Positions 51,301 through 64,000 of a stretch of DNA of 64,000 bases are shown here, one piece after another. How positions within the stretch are numbered: position 1 is the first letter of the stretch; every line of letters begins with the position of its first letter. The stretch spans positions 7,006,001-7,070,000 of the forward strand of contig JAQFVV010000001.1 in assembly GCA_028023455.1 (NCBI GenBank), given 5' to 3'. This stretch comes from Epiperipatus broadwayi. Taxonomy: Eukaryota > Animalia > Onychophora. The translations under genes and the position numbers were made by a program. The notes below the pieces were generated by a model. The model had not been told where the DNA came from, made no database searches, and was given only the letters and a program-made list of their open reading frames with translations.

Positions 51301-52399
51301 TATGTAAAAAATTGCTATGCATAATGCTAAAACAACCATGAAAACCTCATTTTGAAGTTCATAGAAGATCTTGACATTGTAAAATAGTTATCTTATGAAA
51401 ATATTTGTTACAGAAAGGAAACAATGTTTCTAGTTTTAGACAATGTGATTTTTATTATAAGATGTATAAAACTTTGCTAAAAACAAATTTGTTACGTAAA
51501 TAAATGTAAATCAAAAAGCAATTGTTACATTGTCTTCCATATCATCGTGTGGTATAATGTTTGGTTATTTTTATATTGCTTCATCATGTAGTTGTATATT
51601 CACTAAATACATTTTATATTGCTTTTGTTGTAACAATTTTATTTCTTATAAAATTAATATTAAAAATTTTGTAATGTTTCTTTTAATTAGATTAACAAAT
51701 GCTCATTTTCTTAATTCATTTACAGACCTGTTATATAAATACATTATGCAAAATAGTAATTCATCGCTTTTTCTATTATACCAAATTATTTTCATTGAAG
51801 CTTTTAAATGTTTGGCTCATCTGATTTTAAAAAAAGTTAAATTTATCAAAAAATAAATCATGTATTATGTAATTTGATTTTGATGAAAATCATGACAATA
51901 ATTGACATGTTTAATAATATATTTGAAAAATGTGTTTGTCTATCTCTTACAACCCTATAAGCTAATCAACATTGATTTCAATACATAGAAATATTGTCTT
52001 GTCCTCTGTTTTTCATCCATTTCAACTGCAAAAAGACACACATCAAAAAAAAAAAATCTAAAAAATTTTAAATATCTCAAATGTATGATTAAGAGTCTAT
52101 AGTTGTGATCTTTGTTCAAGGAAGTACGATGGACTAATTAATCATAATTAGAACTGGATTTGAGACAAAAAATTTTCTTTGGCAAATATTGTATTTTTAG
52201 GCAACACTCTATCATAGAAGTGGAACAATTTAGCTCTAGAAAAGATAGGCTAAAAATGGTCTCTCTCACAAAATAGAGTTAAGTTGTCATACCAGGCAGA
52301 TTATTCATTGAAGTGAAAGAAATAATTATATTATCAATGATGGTAAAGTAATAAAGAGTGATAGTAATAAAGATGTTTTAAATTGTTTTTAATAAATGT

Positions 52400-55100
52400 A
52401 ATTACATACAATAAACAAACTTTATTTGATGCAAACTTTTCAAATCTGAACAGAGGTTAGATTAATACAACTGCTCTTAGTAAAATTCATCTTACAGAGA
52501 AAAGATGGCTACAAGTTTTTTTTTTTTTTTGGTAAGGTAGATCAACCAGTGAAAGAAAATTGCATGATGTTGGATTTGTTGTAAGATTTAATTTAATGTC
52601 TTTTATTCTTGGAATTTCTTGATGCATCAATGGCAGTATAATAGTAATAAAACTTGGTTTGTGAAAAGATCATTTTATTAATGTTGCCAATGGTAGATTC
52701 AGAGAAAGATAGCTTTTACTCTTTGTTAGATAGCATTGTTATGTCAATGCTATTAAAAGGACTTTTTTTCTTCTTGGACACTTCAATGCATGTATAGATA
52801 CAGATTAACAGTAAATTTTGGTCATAAGTCATTGGAAATATTAGTATTGGAGTCATAACTTAAATAGTCTGCTATTATTGAATTTTTGTATAACATTATG
52901 GGTTGATTATCACAAACTTTTTTTTTTAACTTAAAAAATTGCTATAAAGGAACATGGACACATATATGCACAGAATAATGGGATTTAATCGACTACATTA
53001 TCATTAGGAGTCAGAATACAAAAGAAGACTAGTAAATTCCAAAGTTTCACCGATAGTTGTATTAAAAATACATTTCATTTTAATCAAATGCATAAGAAAT
53101 TTGTTGTTTATTTAGAAGCATTTATTGTTCATGCTAAGCAACTATTAAACACTAAAATTGCTAATTTGAATTTTCAGGATTGTCATGTTTTAAGATATAG
53201 AATACAAGTAAATACATTTTTGTTTACTTAAAAAAGAATCATGACACTTCTTTGACAGTGATTCTATTATTTGTGACTTGATTAAAAGAAAGCATGATAT
53301 TTTCTCCTCAATAGAAAATTAAACATAATACAATTTTACAATCATAATGGAGATTTAAAGACATAAATTCAACAACTGAAAGGACTTTAAAATGGCGGTG
53401 AAATAAAACTTCACAGGACATATATTTATTCACTGATTGTGGTTACTTTAGAACTCTCTCTCTCTATATATATATATAAAGATATATATATATAGTGCAT
53501 TGAAAATTATTTATGAAACTGTACTCTTTTATAAGATGATAATGATGTTTTGAATAGGTGGAAGGAATATTTTGATAATTTTTTGAATAATGATAAAAGA
53601 ATTAAAATATTGGCTTTTAGTGATATATCTATTTTATTTAATCATTTAGATTTTGACACAAAATCCAGTTTATTAAATCTTAAAAATGAAAAAGCTTTAT
53701 GATCTGATGAGATATCTGAAGAAGTTTTTATGGTCATAATATGTTAATTTCAAAAATATTGCAATTTTTTAAGAGAAATGTGGACGCATAAAGTTATGCT
53801 GTCCAATCTTAAGGAAGCTTCTATTGGTCTAATTTTTAAAGATAAAGGAAATAGTCAAGACAGCAGTATAATTATCATGACATATTTTATTGTTATCCAC
53901 TGCAGCAAGAATACTTTCAAGAATTATATTGAATGGTATTATATTCAAAAATAAATTATTTCCAGGAAAATAAAGCTAGCACTATAGACGTAGTTTTTTG
54001 TTTCCAGACAAATGCAAAAGAAAAATGTTGGAAGACTGGAGTGATTTATATGTTTCTTTTATTGATTTGATCAAAACATTTCATTCAATAAACTAAATAG
54101 GTCTATGGTATTATTTGAAATTAATTGATGGTCCACCAAAATTTATTTTTATTATACAGTTTCTACATGATAGAATGAGAGTAAATGTTATTTCAAGTAG
54201 AAAATTTGAGGCATGTATACTAGTTCTAATTTATTTTGTTTTAATATTATTTAGCTTTGAAACTGTTTACTTCATGAGTCAAGGATCAAGATGTGATACC
54301 GATTTAATGGAAATTTTAATTTGAATGAATTAAAACCAAGTACTTCATCTTCTTGACTTCTGAATTTAAAAGTAAAATGATTGGTCCTATTTTTGCAAAT
54401 TCAAAAGGTCACCTACAGAATTTACTTAATGTTTTGATTATAACCAATGCAATATGTAAAGATTTTGGTTTAATGGATATGAGACTTGGATATCCTATTA
54501 ATATAACGTAAAGACATTGGAAAAATTTAGTGATATTCTTTAAAACTCTAAAAATATGATGATAATATCATAAGTCTCATCAATATGTTTTTCAGTTTAT
54601 TGGATGTGATGCTATAGAGTCTATATCATAAAGTCACATCTTTGGTTGAATTGAACATGTGAAACAAATAAATGATGCAGGATTTCCTTCAAAAAAATAT
54701 TTTATAGTAATCTTGAGCATGGTTTTCATAGAAGATGCTATTTACAATATTAATATAATCTCTATAGACATGTAGTATTGGTTGCTTTCATTAGGAAAAT
54801 ATCTATAATTACGCAAAGTATTAGTTTTTGTCTCTTTCAGAAGAATGACTTTGCTGCAGAAGTTAAAAGATGGTATTACAAAATATCATCTAAACAGAAT
54901 AGTGAATCAATTACTATGTTTTTTATGTGGATATATTTGTGTTTCATGAATTGGTTTGTATTGTTATCGCAAAATTCATCTCTAGGATATTTTTTTTTCC
55001 TTATTGCTATTTATATTAAAAACCAGAAATGTACAGCTTATGGAAAGGCTGTGATTTTTGTAATAGTTGTTTTTAATTGGTATGCTTTAACAAATTTCAA
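52400..55100 (+). mobile_element. RTE/BovB-like LINE fossil in ILK intron 2
   Basis: LGHFNAC (APE GDFNA-like, ~52778), WKEYFDNFLN (~53559), LLSTAARILSRIILN (~53890), RQMQ, FIDLIKTFHSIN (~54058); boundaries approximate. Confidence 0.75.
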
Positions 55101-56030
55101 TCATGCATGATATTACTTTGGAGTTGGAAAATATATAATGTCAAGCTACATGACCTTAATTATATGCTAATCAAAATTAAATATAAATATGGTGCTATAG
55201 CATCTATTTCCAATAATCATACTCATTTGTAAATAGTTGCTGCTGATAATGATCATGTAACCTGAAAAATAAATTGCATACTTTTAATCTACAACTTCAG
55301 CGCTTTTTCAAGAGACTCCCTATATATTTCAAAAACTAAATAATGATTTTTTATTTCATGACTCTAACCTTTATGAATAAATTTTCATTCTTCATTTTTT
55401 GTTTTTAAGCCTGAATACATAATTCTACTAGGTAACCTAAGAACTAAAATGAATCAAAATTTCTTGCAGTGAGTTATTACACAACATAAACCTAGATAAA
55501 TAAAAATAGAACACCATTAATCCTAGAATTATAGGATATCTTGATTTTATATTAGCCATTCCAAAAGTCCAAATAAAAATCTTTCTTGTTAAAAATATTG
55601 CAAGTTATCCATAGGCTGATTAGATCAGGACGCTAATAAGAGCCAAGTATTTATTGGGCAATGGAAAGCAGTAAAGCTATTTAAAATTTTATTTTACTAA
55701 TTTTATTGTATTACTTTGCATGAATAAATCTGGAAACATAATTATAATTATGTCAAACAAATTTTAATTAAATCAATTCTCAGTATAAAGAAAGGTAAAA
55801 TGTAAACTTTCTTTAAAAAATTGCCTATATAATTTTTTCCAATCTTATTATGTAAAATATGCTCAGAAGACAGTAATATTACAAAAGATAAATAAACATA
55901 AAAATTCTGATGCATAATTATAATTTGATTAATTGTAAAAATATGTTGAAGTCTATTGATTGCAAAAAATTTATATTTCAAAATTTTAACTAATATATAT
56001 ATATGTTTCTCTCTCCCTCTTTGTAATTAG

Positions 56031-56126
56031 CTTTTAAAAAATAAAGCAGATGTCAATTTTGTTAATGAACATGGAAACACACCTCTGCATTATGCATGCT
56101 TCTGGTCATATGAAGGTATTGCAGAA
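56031..56126 (+). CDS. ILK: ILK coding exon 3
   Basis: taattag|[32 protein letters not shown]|gtaagt. Confidence 0.97.
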
Positions 56127-56201
56127 GTAAGTTGTTGTTTTTTTATCTTTCATAATTTTTATAATTGATTTGATTTTTATTAATCAATGATATTTTTTTA
56201 G

Positions 56202-56298
56202 GATTTAGTTAATAGTGGTGGAATAGTGACAACATGTAACAAATATGGAGAAACTCCTTTAGATAAATGCAGACTTCCATTAAATAAAACTTTGACAG
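56202..56298 (+). CDS. ILK: ILK coding exon 4
   Basis: ttttttag|DLVNSGGIVTTCNKYGETPLDKCRLPLNKTLT(E)|gtaagt, after a 75-bp intron. Confidence 0.96.
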
Positions 56299-58331
56299 GT
56301 AAGTTTATAAGAAATTCAATTGCTAATCTTTATTTTTAAATTATGAGTAAATTAAATATTTTAATACTTACAATACGTATAAGCTGTAATCTAATATGAT
56401 GATAAGATTTACCGAAAAGAGAAGGAAAAGGTATGAGAAGAAGAGGATTATGTTCTCTATTTCTCATCTATGCAAAATATGTATGTGCAGTATTTAAATT
56501 TGATAAGATTAATCAAATATTGAAATGATCTGACTTAAATGTTTTTAAAAATCAATAAAAATTCTACATTCAAAACTTAATTTAAATTAAATATTATTCA
56601 TTAATAAATAATCAAAATAATAAATGAATACAAGTCTGAGATAATTTTGACATTTTGGAATTAAATCATAAACTAAGTTTTTGAGTTTTATACACACATT
56701 AAAAAAATCTAATTAAATAAAACTCAAAATTAATAATATAATTGATATAATAATAAAAATAATTAATTTAATTAAAATGTTAATAATAATTATTGAGGGT
56801 ATCTTGGCATAGTGATTAGTGGATGTATCTCCACACTTATGACCTACAGATAGAGTCCGAGTTAGGTGAATCTTGACAATTTTTTAGGCCATAAATAGGC
56901 TTTGGATTTTTATTGCAAGTACTTGACCAATCGGCTGTCAGCTGTCATCCATTTTTAGTTCGCACATGGTTATCTAATCACTCTTAAGTTTATTGATCAA
57001 ATGTGCTGACTTTAAAAAGAATATAGTGGTAATATGCCATCACTTTCATCACTTGAGAGGAGATATTATATGCATGAACCCCTGATTCATTTTAATAATT
57101 ATTGCAGAATGATATTAAGAGTATGATAACTTTCATTTAAACGGGGGGGGCCCCCCCCCCCCCCCCAATAATGAGAATAAGCAGTCAATACTATTGAAAT
57201 TATATAAAACTCTATACATATTTTTTTTTCTCTTTATAGTAAAGTCATTTTGTCAAATGAATTAGATAATGTATGTTAATTGTGAATGTTAAAAAAATAT
57301 ATTTAATTTAACAAAGTAGTTCTATGTTTTTTTCATTCAATACATTTTAATTTTAAAAAATATTATTATTATTATTTTTTTAATTTTTGGTATAAAAGTG
57401 TTTAAAACAATTCAAATGATAGTTGAGCTATTTTAGAGATAGTTTTTAAATGTTGGTCAGTATAAATTTATCACACATGTAACATTACTTTTAGAAGTCA
57501 TTTTGATTGTTTAGACAGTTAATTTAAAAAGCCACTAATTTTATTAATTCTAGCACGTGTGCATGTTCGGCGCAATTGTTTCCAAAAGCTATAAAATGTT
57601 ATTATTTGACTTAATTTTATTTATGTAAATTTTTTTAATTCTATGAAAATATTTTGATTTTATATGATTGATAATCGAGTTTGCAAATTGATGCAATATG
57701 CTAGTCAAAGTATCACATAACTTACATCACTAGCTTAAATAGCAAAAATAAATTAAGATGTTTGATGAATGTGATGCAAATCCAGTGCTTCTATTGAGGA
57801 AGACAATAGGCAGAAAGTCTCTGGAATATGAAAGGCACTTCCATTTAGGTTTCAGTGATATATTTAAATTACAATAGATGGTCTAAGAAAATAAAATGGG
57901 TTTTTGATTCTAATGCAAAAATTAATGATCTTCTGATTAAAACAATATTTAGGATTATTTTTGAAAAAGAAAAAATTAACTAAAATAAAGATAAAATATT
58001 TCGGAGAATATTTATCAAAAAATATTTGTTTATTATTAAGATTACTTTCAGCTATTTAGCACACTGCAAAATGTAGAATTCAATAAGTACAATAAGTAAT
58101 GAATTAAAAGAATTATATATTACTCTTGATTAAAACCAATGTATATCTATCCTGGTTCATTTTAAAGTAGAATGCAAATAGCAAATTAATTATATATAAT
58201 AAAAACAAATGTGTGGTAAAGATATTAATGTAAAATTTAAATCTGTTAAAATAAATACACACATTAATTCTAAAATATAACTCAAACAACAAAATATGAT
58301 ATATAGATAAATATCAACAAATTATAAATTA

Positions 58332-58370
58332 TCCGAACGTTTTCGAAGGCTTACCCTTCATTATCAAGGA
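58332..58370 (-). ncRNA. Degenerate Penelope-type hammerhead motif
   Basis: Minus strand TCC-TTGATAA-T-GAAGG(GTAAG)CCTTC-GAAA-ACGT-TCGGA: perfect 5-bp stem II and palindromic AACGTT, but the core is mutated. Confidence 0.45.
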
Positions 58371-59789
58371 CAATATAAATTTTAAGTGACTTTATATAGA
58401 ACTAAATTATTTAAGAATAGAGAAGTCTTAAACATATACAAATTTTATTGGAAATTATTTTATTTTCAATCTGTATTGATGAACTTGTAGAGTATGCATT
58501 ACAGTAGAAATTAGATGGTGACCATCAATGAGCTGTGTATTTTTTTGTAGATATGCCAGAAAACTGAAACCTATGCAAATATATTTCTTATTGCCAGAAA
58601 AATAAATCCTAGTTTAACCATTAGCAAGTAGTAAAGAAATACTAATTAAGTGTATTTCTTATTGGCAGAAGAATAATTCAAGTAAAAAGATTATCATTAC
58701 TAATCCTCTATTCCAAATCACTAGGCTGTAGCAATCAGATAATATGAATTGCTGGAATATGATCTGAGACTTAAAAGATTATCCTTAAGAAGGAAATAGA
58801 CGATAGGCTCTTACTTGAACTTGAGAACTTTGGTAGGAATTAATTTTTTAGAAGAAAATATAGGTAAAATTAATCAAGGCATTTTATCTGGAATATTTAG
58901 TTAATAAATAAATATAAAATACGAAATATGATAAGTCACATTCATGACCAATATTAATAAATATACATAAAATGAATCAGTTCACTACATAACCTATATA
59001 TTATTTATATCTTTATAAATGAGTGGTAAAAATCTTTTGACTTATTAAATCACTTTTTTGGTTTGATAAATTTAGTAAATAGCAATAATTAAGAGCTACA
59101 GTTTTTCTACCAAATTCATTATTATTTTAACATTCTTATTTAGCTGTCAATTGATTGCTTAAAATGTCATAATTTATCTAATGATTAAAGCAAAATCCCA
59201 GTCTTAATTTTAAATTTTACAGTTTCCATGTATCTCTAATACCCAAGAATTATCTCTCAGTGATGCATTAGATTATATATTAAGCTGAATATTTTTTTTA
59301 AATATAAATTTGTAAAATGGGGTGTATATGCACATCTCTCAAAAGAGATTTTTGTGTTTTTCTAACACTTTTTTAATAAATAATATTTTAAACATTTAAA
59401 ATACATTTTGATTGATACTTGATTATTGATATGGTCACAGGCATAGGACTTTTCATGACAAATTGCTAAAATAATTTGTTAGTCACAATTAATTAATGAT
59501 ATTTAACAATTTTTTAAATAAATGAGTACTATAATGATGAAACAATTTATTACATTCTTACATATGATGCTACAATTGACATAAAGTTATGTGTAAAATC
59601 TGATCAGCAGCAGCAAAAGCCACTCAAAAGTGAGTGTCGCCATTTCAATTCCAAAAGAAGAAGATAGAAATACAAAAAATAAGAATATTCTAGACATACA
59701 TTTTGTAATGACTAACAAACCATTAATACATCAATTTATAGAACATGCTGTCCATTATTCTGTTTATTTATCATTTCACAATATTGTTT

Positions 59790-60130
59790 TTTAATTTTTT
59801 CTATAGCAGACTGGGTTTTTTTCTGGAAGATTTCAGCAGCTTGTTTTATTATAACCTTTTATAGTGTTCTATTATCACCTATACCTTCTTAATAAAAGTT
59901 ATCTGCATTGCACTTATTCAGGATGTTTTTAAGATAACATTTATAATGTAATCCAGGTTTCTTTTTCTCATGAAGGCCATGCTCATGTTCACCATATAAT
60001 ACTTTTTTTAGGAAGTCTTTAGTCTTCATTCATTTCACATATCCAGTGCAACAAGAATATGATCTTATAATAGTAAATTCTAGAGTATCCCACGCAATAA
60101 ATTATAAAATATATGGATTAGTCTTATAAT
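59790..60130 (-). mobile_element. RTE LINE 3' end fragment
   Basis: Minus strand ...MNED*RLPKKVLYGEHEHG...KP resembles the RTE C-terminal RM.D.R.PK..LYGEL..G.R..G.P motif. Confidence 0.65.
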
Positions 60131-61086
60131 TTTGCCTTCATATTTTTAGAATTTTATGGAGCATCCTTAATTGAAATTTTTTAATAGCTTTATGTTATAT
60201 TAATAAGAAATTCAGATCTCACTTTTTTGCAATGAATTGAGCAAAATAATTCTATGTACAACTCATTTAGTTACAATAATTATATTACTATATGAAATAT
60301 CTTTTAATTTGTAAAATGCAATAAAAACACACACACTTCAACATCTAAGTCTGTCTTTGTACTTAAAAATCTACTAAGATATTTAAAATTTCAAGTTAAT
60401 AACTAGTCATTCTAAAAACTGTTGAAGATTTTTCCATCATTGGCCAACAAAGAATTTGAGTTTCTTTGAACATTAAGTAATTCTGTAAATCTTCCTTTGA
60501 GTTAGAAAAATTAATACAATCATCCAAATTCAGAAATCAAAAAATTGAAGTTTTTATTTTTAATTGATTCATATTAAAAATTCAATCAGTAAATTTATAT
60601 TATGCCTTGATACCTGCTTCATAAAGCTGCCTAAAACCATTATCGTAAAAAATAAATAAAGATGAAGCTAGTGCACATTTTTGTTTTACATCAATGTTCA
60701 TTTTAAATGCCCTAGACTTTTACTATGTGTATGTGTGAGTGAATAAATTTCAGCAGATAACCAATTAATTTCAGGCATTGCCAAAGCCTTTTTGATTAAT
60801 TGAATCAAATGCCATGATTGAATTAACAAAGGCATACATAAATTCCTCCTCTGTTTTTGATCCTTTTTTAAAAAATTTTCTAGCTACAAAAATTACATCT
60901 ATAACCCCTATAAGTGCTTCTATATAGTAGCCAATCGATTTTAAAGATCCAAAAGAATTTAATAACAGTTGAAGTAAGTTATAATCTTAAAATCAGAAGT
61001 GCTTGGGCAATATGATTAATTTTATTATTTTTGAGAGTATGTAATATATATGTATAACTTTTTTTTTTTATTCATACCTTTAATAG

Positions 61087-61167
61087 AAAAGGCACAGAGT
61101 TTGGGTCAAGATTTGAAGAAAAGTCCTTACAGAGACCAAAGTTGGTTGGGAACAAAAACTCGTAGCA
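61087..61167 (+). CDS. ILK: ILK coding exon 5 (linker before the pseudokinase domain)
   Basis: taatag|(E)KAQSLGQDLKKSPYRDQSWLGTKTRS(R)|gtaagt; phases match exon 4. Confidence 0.95.
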
Positions 61168-62015
61168 GTAAGTTAATAAATTTAATTTGTTATTAATAAA
61201 AATGCATATATATATATATGAAATATTGATTTTTCTCTTCATTTGTCTATTTGCAAATCAAAGGTGTTTCTTTTTTAAAATCTAATGCTAAATGTACTTT
61301 AGGTAGAATTGTAATTATGGTGACTTCACCATTAGTGCACTTAGCATTAGTTCATAAAGAAGAAAGAAATTGTTTCGATACGCAATTAGAATAGGCTTTG
61401 TGCAGATAAAAATATTTTGTACTCAGAACAAAACAAGTTAAATTGTTGCAAGGCTGTGAAAAGACTGATTCACAAAAGTTGGTAACTGATATTTCAGTGA
61501 AATCTTATTTATTGTCTTCAGGACTAATGTTTAATTAAAAATTTCAAAATAGTAATTAAAATATGTGCTTTTTATAGGCCTTTCATTCATTCTTTTATTT
61601 TTCATCAGATAGTTTAAAATTCTGATAATAAAAAAATATTGTATGAAAGAATTATTTATATATACTTGCTATTATTTCAGAAATCATAGCAAATTGCAGA
61701 CATTATTGGCATGTTAGCTGACCACTTTCATAGAAAATTTTGTTAACATATCTGGATCACAGTCTTTTTTAAAATCTTGTAATAAACTGATACATTTTAT
61801 TCTAACTATAATAATTTTTTCTAGTTATCAATGATTTCTATGGAATCTTTCCCAAAAAAACTATTTTGATTTTATTTTTTAACTATGAAATCTTTCAATT
61901 CTAACATAGACATAGCATTGCTAACTGAAAAAAATATGGACACTATTAACATTATTTCTGAAATGTGTATATATATATATACAAATAAAATGTCCGTTAA
62001 TTAAAAAAGTATTGT

Positions 62016-62196
62016 AATAACAAAAAAAATAATAAATATAACTATTATATACAGTCTTTGAATCTGCAGAAGTATTTTCGGTTAATTCCTTAACCTTCCT
62101 CAACTGCCGTTAAGGAATTAACTTAAGTACTTCTGCAGATTGAAAGACTGTGTATAATAGTTAATTATGGTTATATTTATTAGTTTTATTGTTATT
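62016..62196. repeat. Long hairpin / palindrome in ILK intron 5
   Basis: Arms of about 80 bp (inner ~52 bp nearly perfect: tattatatacagtctttgaatctgcagaagta...gttaattccttaac and its reverse complement) around a 14-nt loop at 62095-62108. Confidence 0.85.
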
Positions 62197-63020
62197 ATAT
62201 ATATATAACAAGGGCAAATATTCTATAAGAGAAATTCTTAATATTTGAAAATATGACTAATAATTTTTTATTACACATTAAAATTTTTCCCATGCTTAAT
62301 TTTTTTTTTGTCTAAGCTTCTTCTGTACTATAATCTTTTTAATATTTTTCTTCTCTCATTTTAATTTTTTCTAATCATTTATTCCACTTGTCTTAGTCCT
62401 ATTCTATTATAATCATGAAATCTGACTCACCATGCATCATTCAAATTTGAGTCAAGTATTTTTTACAAATTTTTGGTTTCTAAGTAGTAAGACTTCCCAC
62501 ATTTTATTTAATTAAGATCTAGGTTTATATTTTGTATAGTAAGTTTGAATTCCTCTGTTATATATTATAAATTTCATAGTAAATATTTTTAGCAAAAAAA
62601 TTTTTTTAAATGTAAAATCATTTCTTTGATTAATAATTATTGTATAAATTATTCAAAAAATATATATATTCTTTAAGTCATAACTCTTCATTATCATTAT
62701 TTCAATCTCATGTTTTCTGAAATTATGATTTAAAAATATATATTGAACCGGAGACTTTTTTCACTTTAAAAATCAACCATTCTAAAATCAAACTAAAAGT
62801 TATATCTATAAAGATTTTAAAAAGAAAGAAAATTTTATTTAAAATTTTTTTATACATGCCATAACACACATACTCAATTATAAATGGAAATCATAAAAAT
62901 ATTTTGCTTTAAAAGAGTTTTGATTGAGATAATTTTTTTTTTGTTTCATTTTGTTTTAATCTATTTTAAAAGAAGAGACTTATTTTCGAATTTATTAAAA
63001 GTGATATTAAAACAACAAGA

Positions 63021-63170
63021 GAGAAGGTAAAGAATAGCCCTGGTTCAATTTTTAATTAAGATCTAGTGAGAGATAAAGAATAGTCCTGGTTAAAACTTTT
63101 AATTATGATCTGGTAGGAGATAAATACTAGCCCCAGTTAGAATTTAAGATCTGGTGGGAGATAAAAATAG
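63021..63170. repeat. Imperfect ~46-bp tandem repeat, about 3 copies
   Basis: taaagaatagccctggtt...gatctggt units starting near 63028, 63074, 63121 and 63162. Confidence 0.7.
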
Positions 63171-63261
63171 TATATAAAAGTTCTTTTTTTTTATTGCCTA
63201 TTATATATTTTCTAATTTGCAGACTGCTGATGTTTTATATTTGCTATTTGCTAATTGTGGA

Positions 63262-64000
63262 TTAGTAATAATTGAAAGGTTGCTAGTCTTTCATATGCGC
63301 CTACCATTGTCTCTCAGACAGCCAATCAGATTTTAAACAGCTGCCTTAAAAATGATCAGGCCTTGACACATGACAGAGATTTTGATAAGAAAAGGATGAT
63401 ACCAACCTTTTCTCTACTTAACTTTTTATATATATAAGCCAGTCTTAAGCATCTTGGCCTGAAAGCTTGAAGATATAAACATATTCATTTATTACTCACT
63501 GAGTTTTTAATTTACGATATTACAGCACGAAATCTTAGATTTACTACACCGCAATTTTCTAGATGTTAATATAATTTATCAGCAACGTATGTAAATAACA
63601 TTTGTCTAAATCGCATGTTGTTATTAAATTAGTAATAATTGAAAGGTTGCTAGTCTTTCACATGTGCCTACCATTGTCACTCAGACAGCCAATCAGATTT
63701 TAAACAGCTGTCTTAAGAACGATCAGGCTGTAATATCGTAAATTAAAAACTCGGTGAGTAATAAATGAATATGTTTATATCTTCAAGCTTTCAGGCCAAG
63801 ATGCTTAAGACTGGTTTATATATATAAAAAGTTAAGTAGAGAAAAGGTTGGTATCATCCTTTTCTTATCAAAATCTCTGTCATGTGTCAAGGCCTAATCG
63901 TTCTTAAGACAGCTGTTTAAAATCTGATTGGCTATCTGAGAAACAATGGTAGGTGCATGTGAAAGACTAGCAACCTTTCAATTATTACTAATTTAATAAC
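63262..64000. mobile_element. Tandem-plus-fold-back repeat, family F (runs off the window end)
   Basis: Block order A(63262-63362) B(63362-63536) spacer A(63618-63728) B-reverse(63728-63893) A-reverse(63893-64000); copies are highly similar. Confidence 0.85.

Noticed and set aside
56797-56875. tRNA-derived SINE head
   Set aside because: The A-box-like (tggcatagtga) and B-box-like strings are too degenerate and no second copy is visible in the window.

Overview
AT-rich (roughly 25-30% GC by eye) eukaryotic genomic DNA from an animal, probably an arthropod-like protostome judging by the ILK N-terminus ([12 protein letters not shown]...). Two divergently transcribed, intron-rich host genes are present and both are cut by the window edges: RRP8 on the minus strand (coding exons 17548-17640, 13965-15112, 3762-3891; C-terminal exons not found in the window) and ILK on the plus strand (coding exons 39168-39256, 50793-50958, 56031-56126, 56202-56298, 61087-61167; pseudokinase domain lies beyond 64000). 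The rest is mostly transposon debris: a decayed Ty3/Gypsy LTR element with nested insertions, hAT-type MITEs with 8-bp TSDs, a Penelope-like RT + GIY-YIG remnant, a 5'-truncated L1/Tx1-like LINE and RTE fossils. The most interesting signal is a family of short non-coding fold-back insertions (about 250-1100 bp; 5 loci, 7 arms). They carry a minimal type I hammerhead ribozyme motif (CTGATGA-stem II-GAAAC-TA-GTC), an inverted partial repeat, a one-sided ~40-55 bp tail and, at 4 of 5 loci, 11-14 bp target-site duplications. This matches non-autonomous Penelope-like or retrozyme-like elements. A second repeat family and several isolated remnants also carry hammerhead-like cores. The RRP8/ILK head-to-head arrangement matches my recollection of the human locus. 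All calls come from reading the sequence; no database search or folding program was run.
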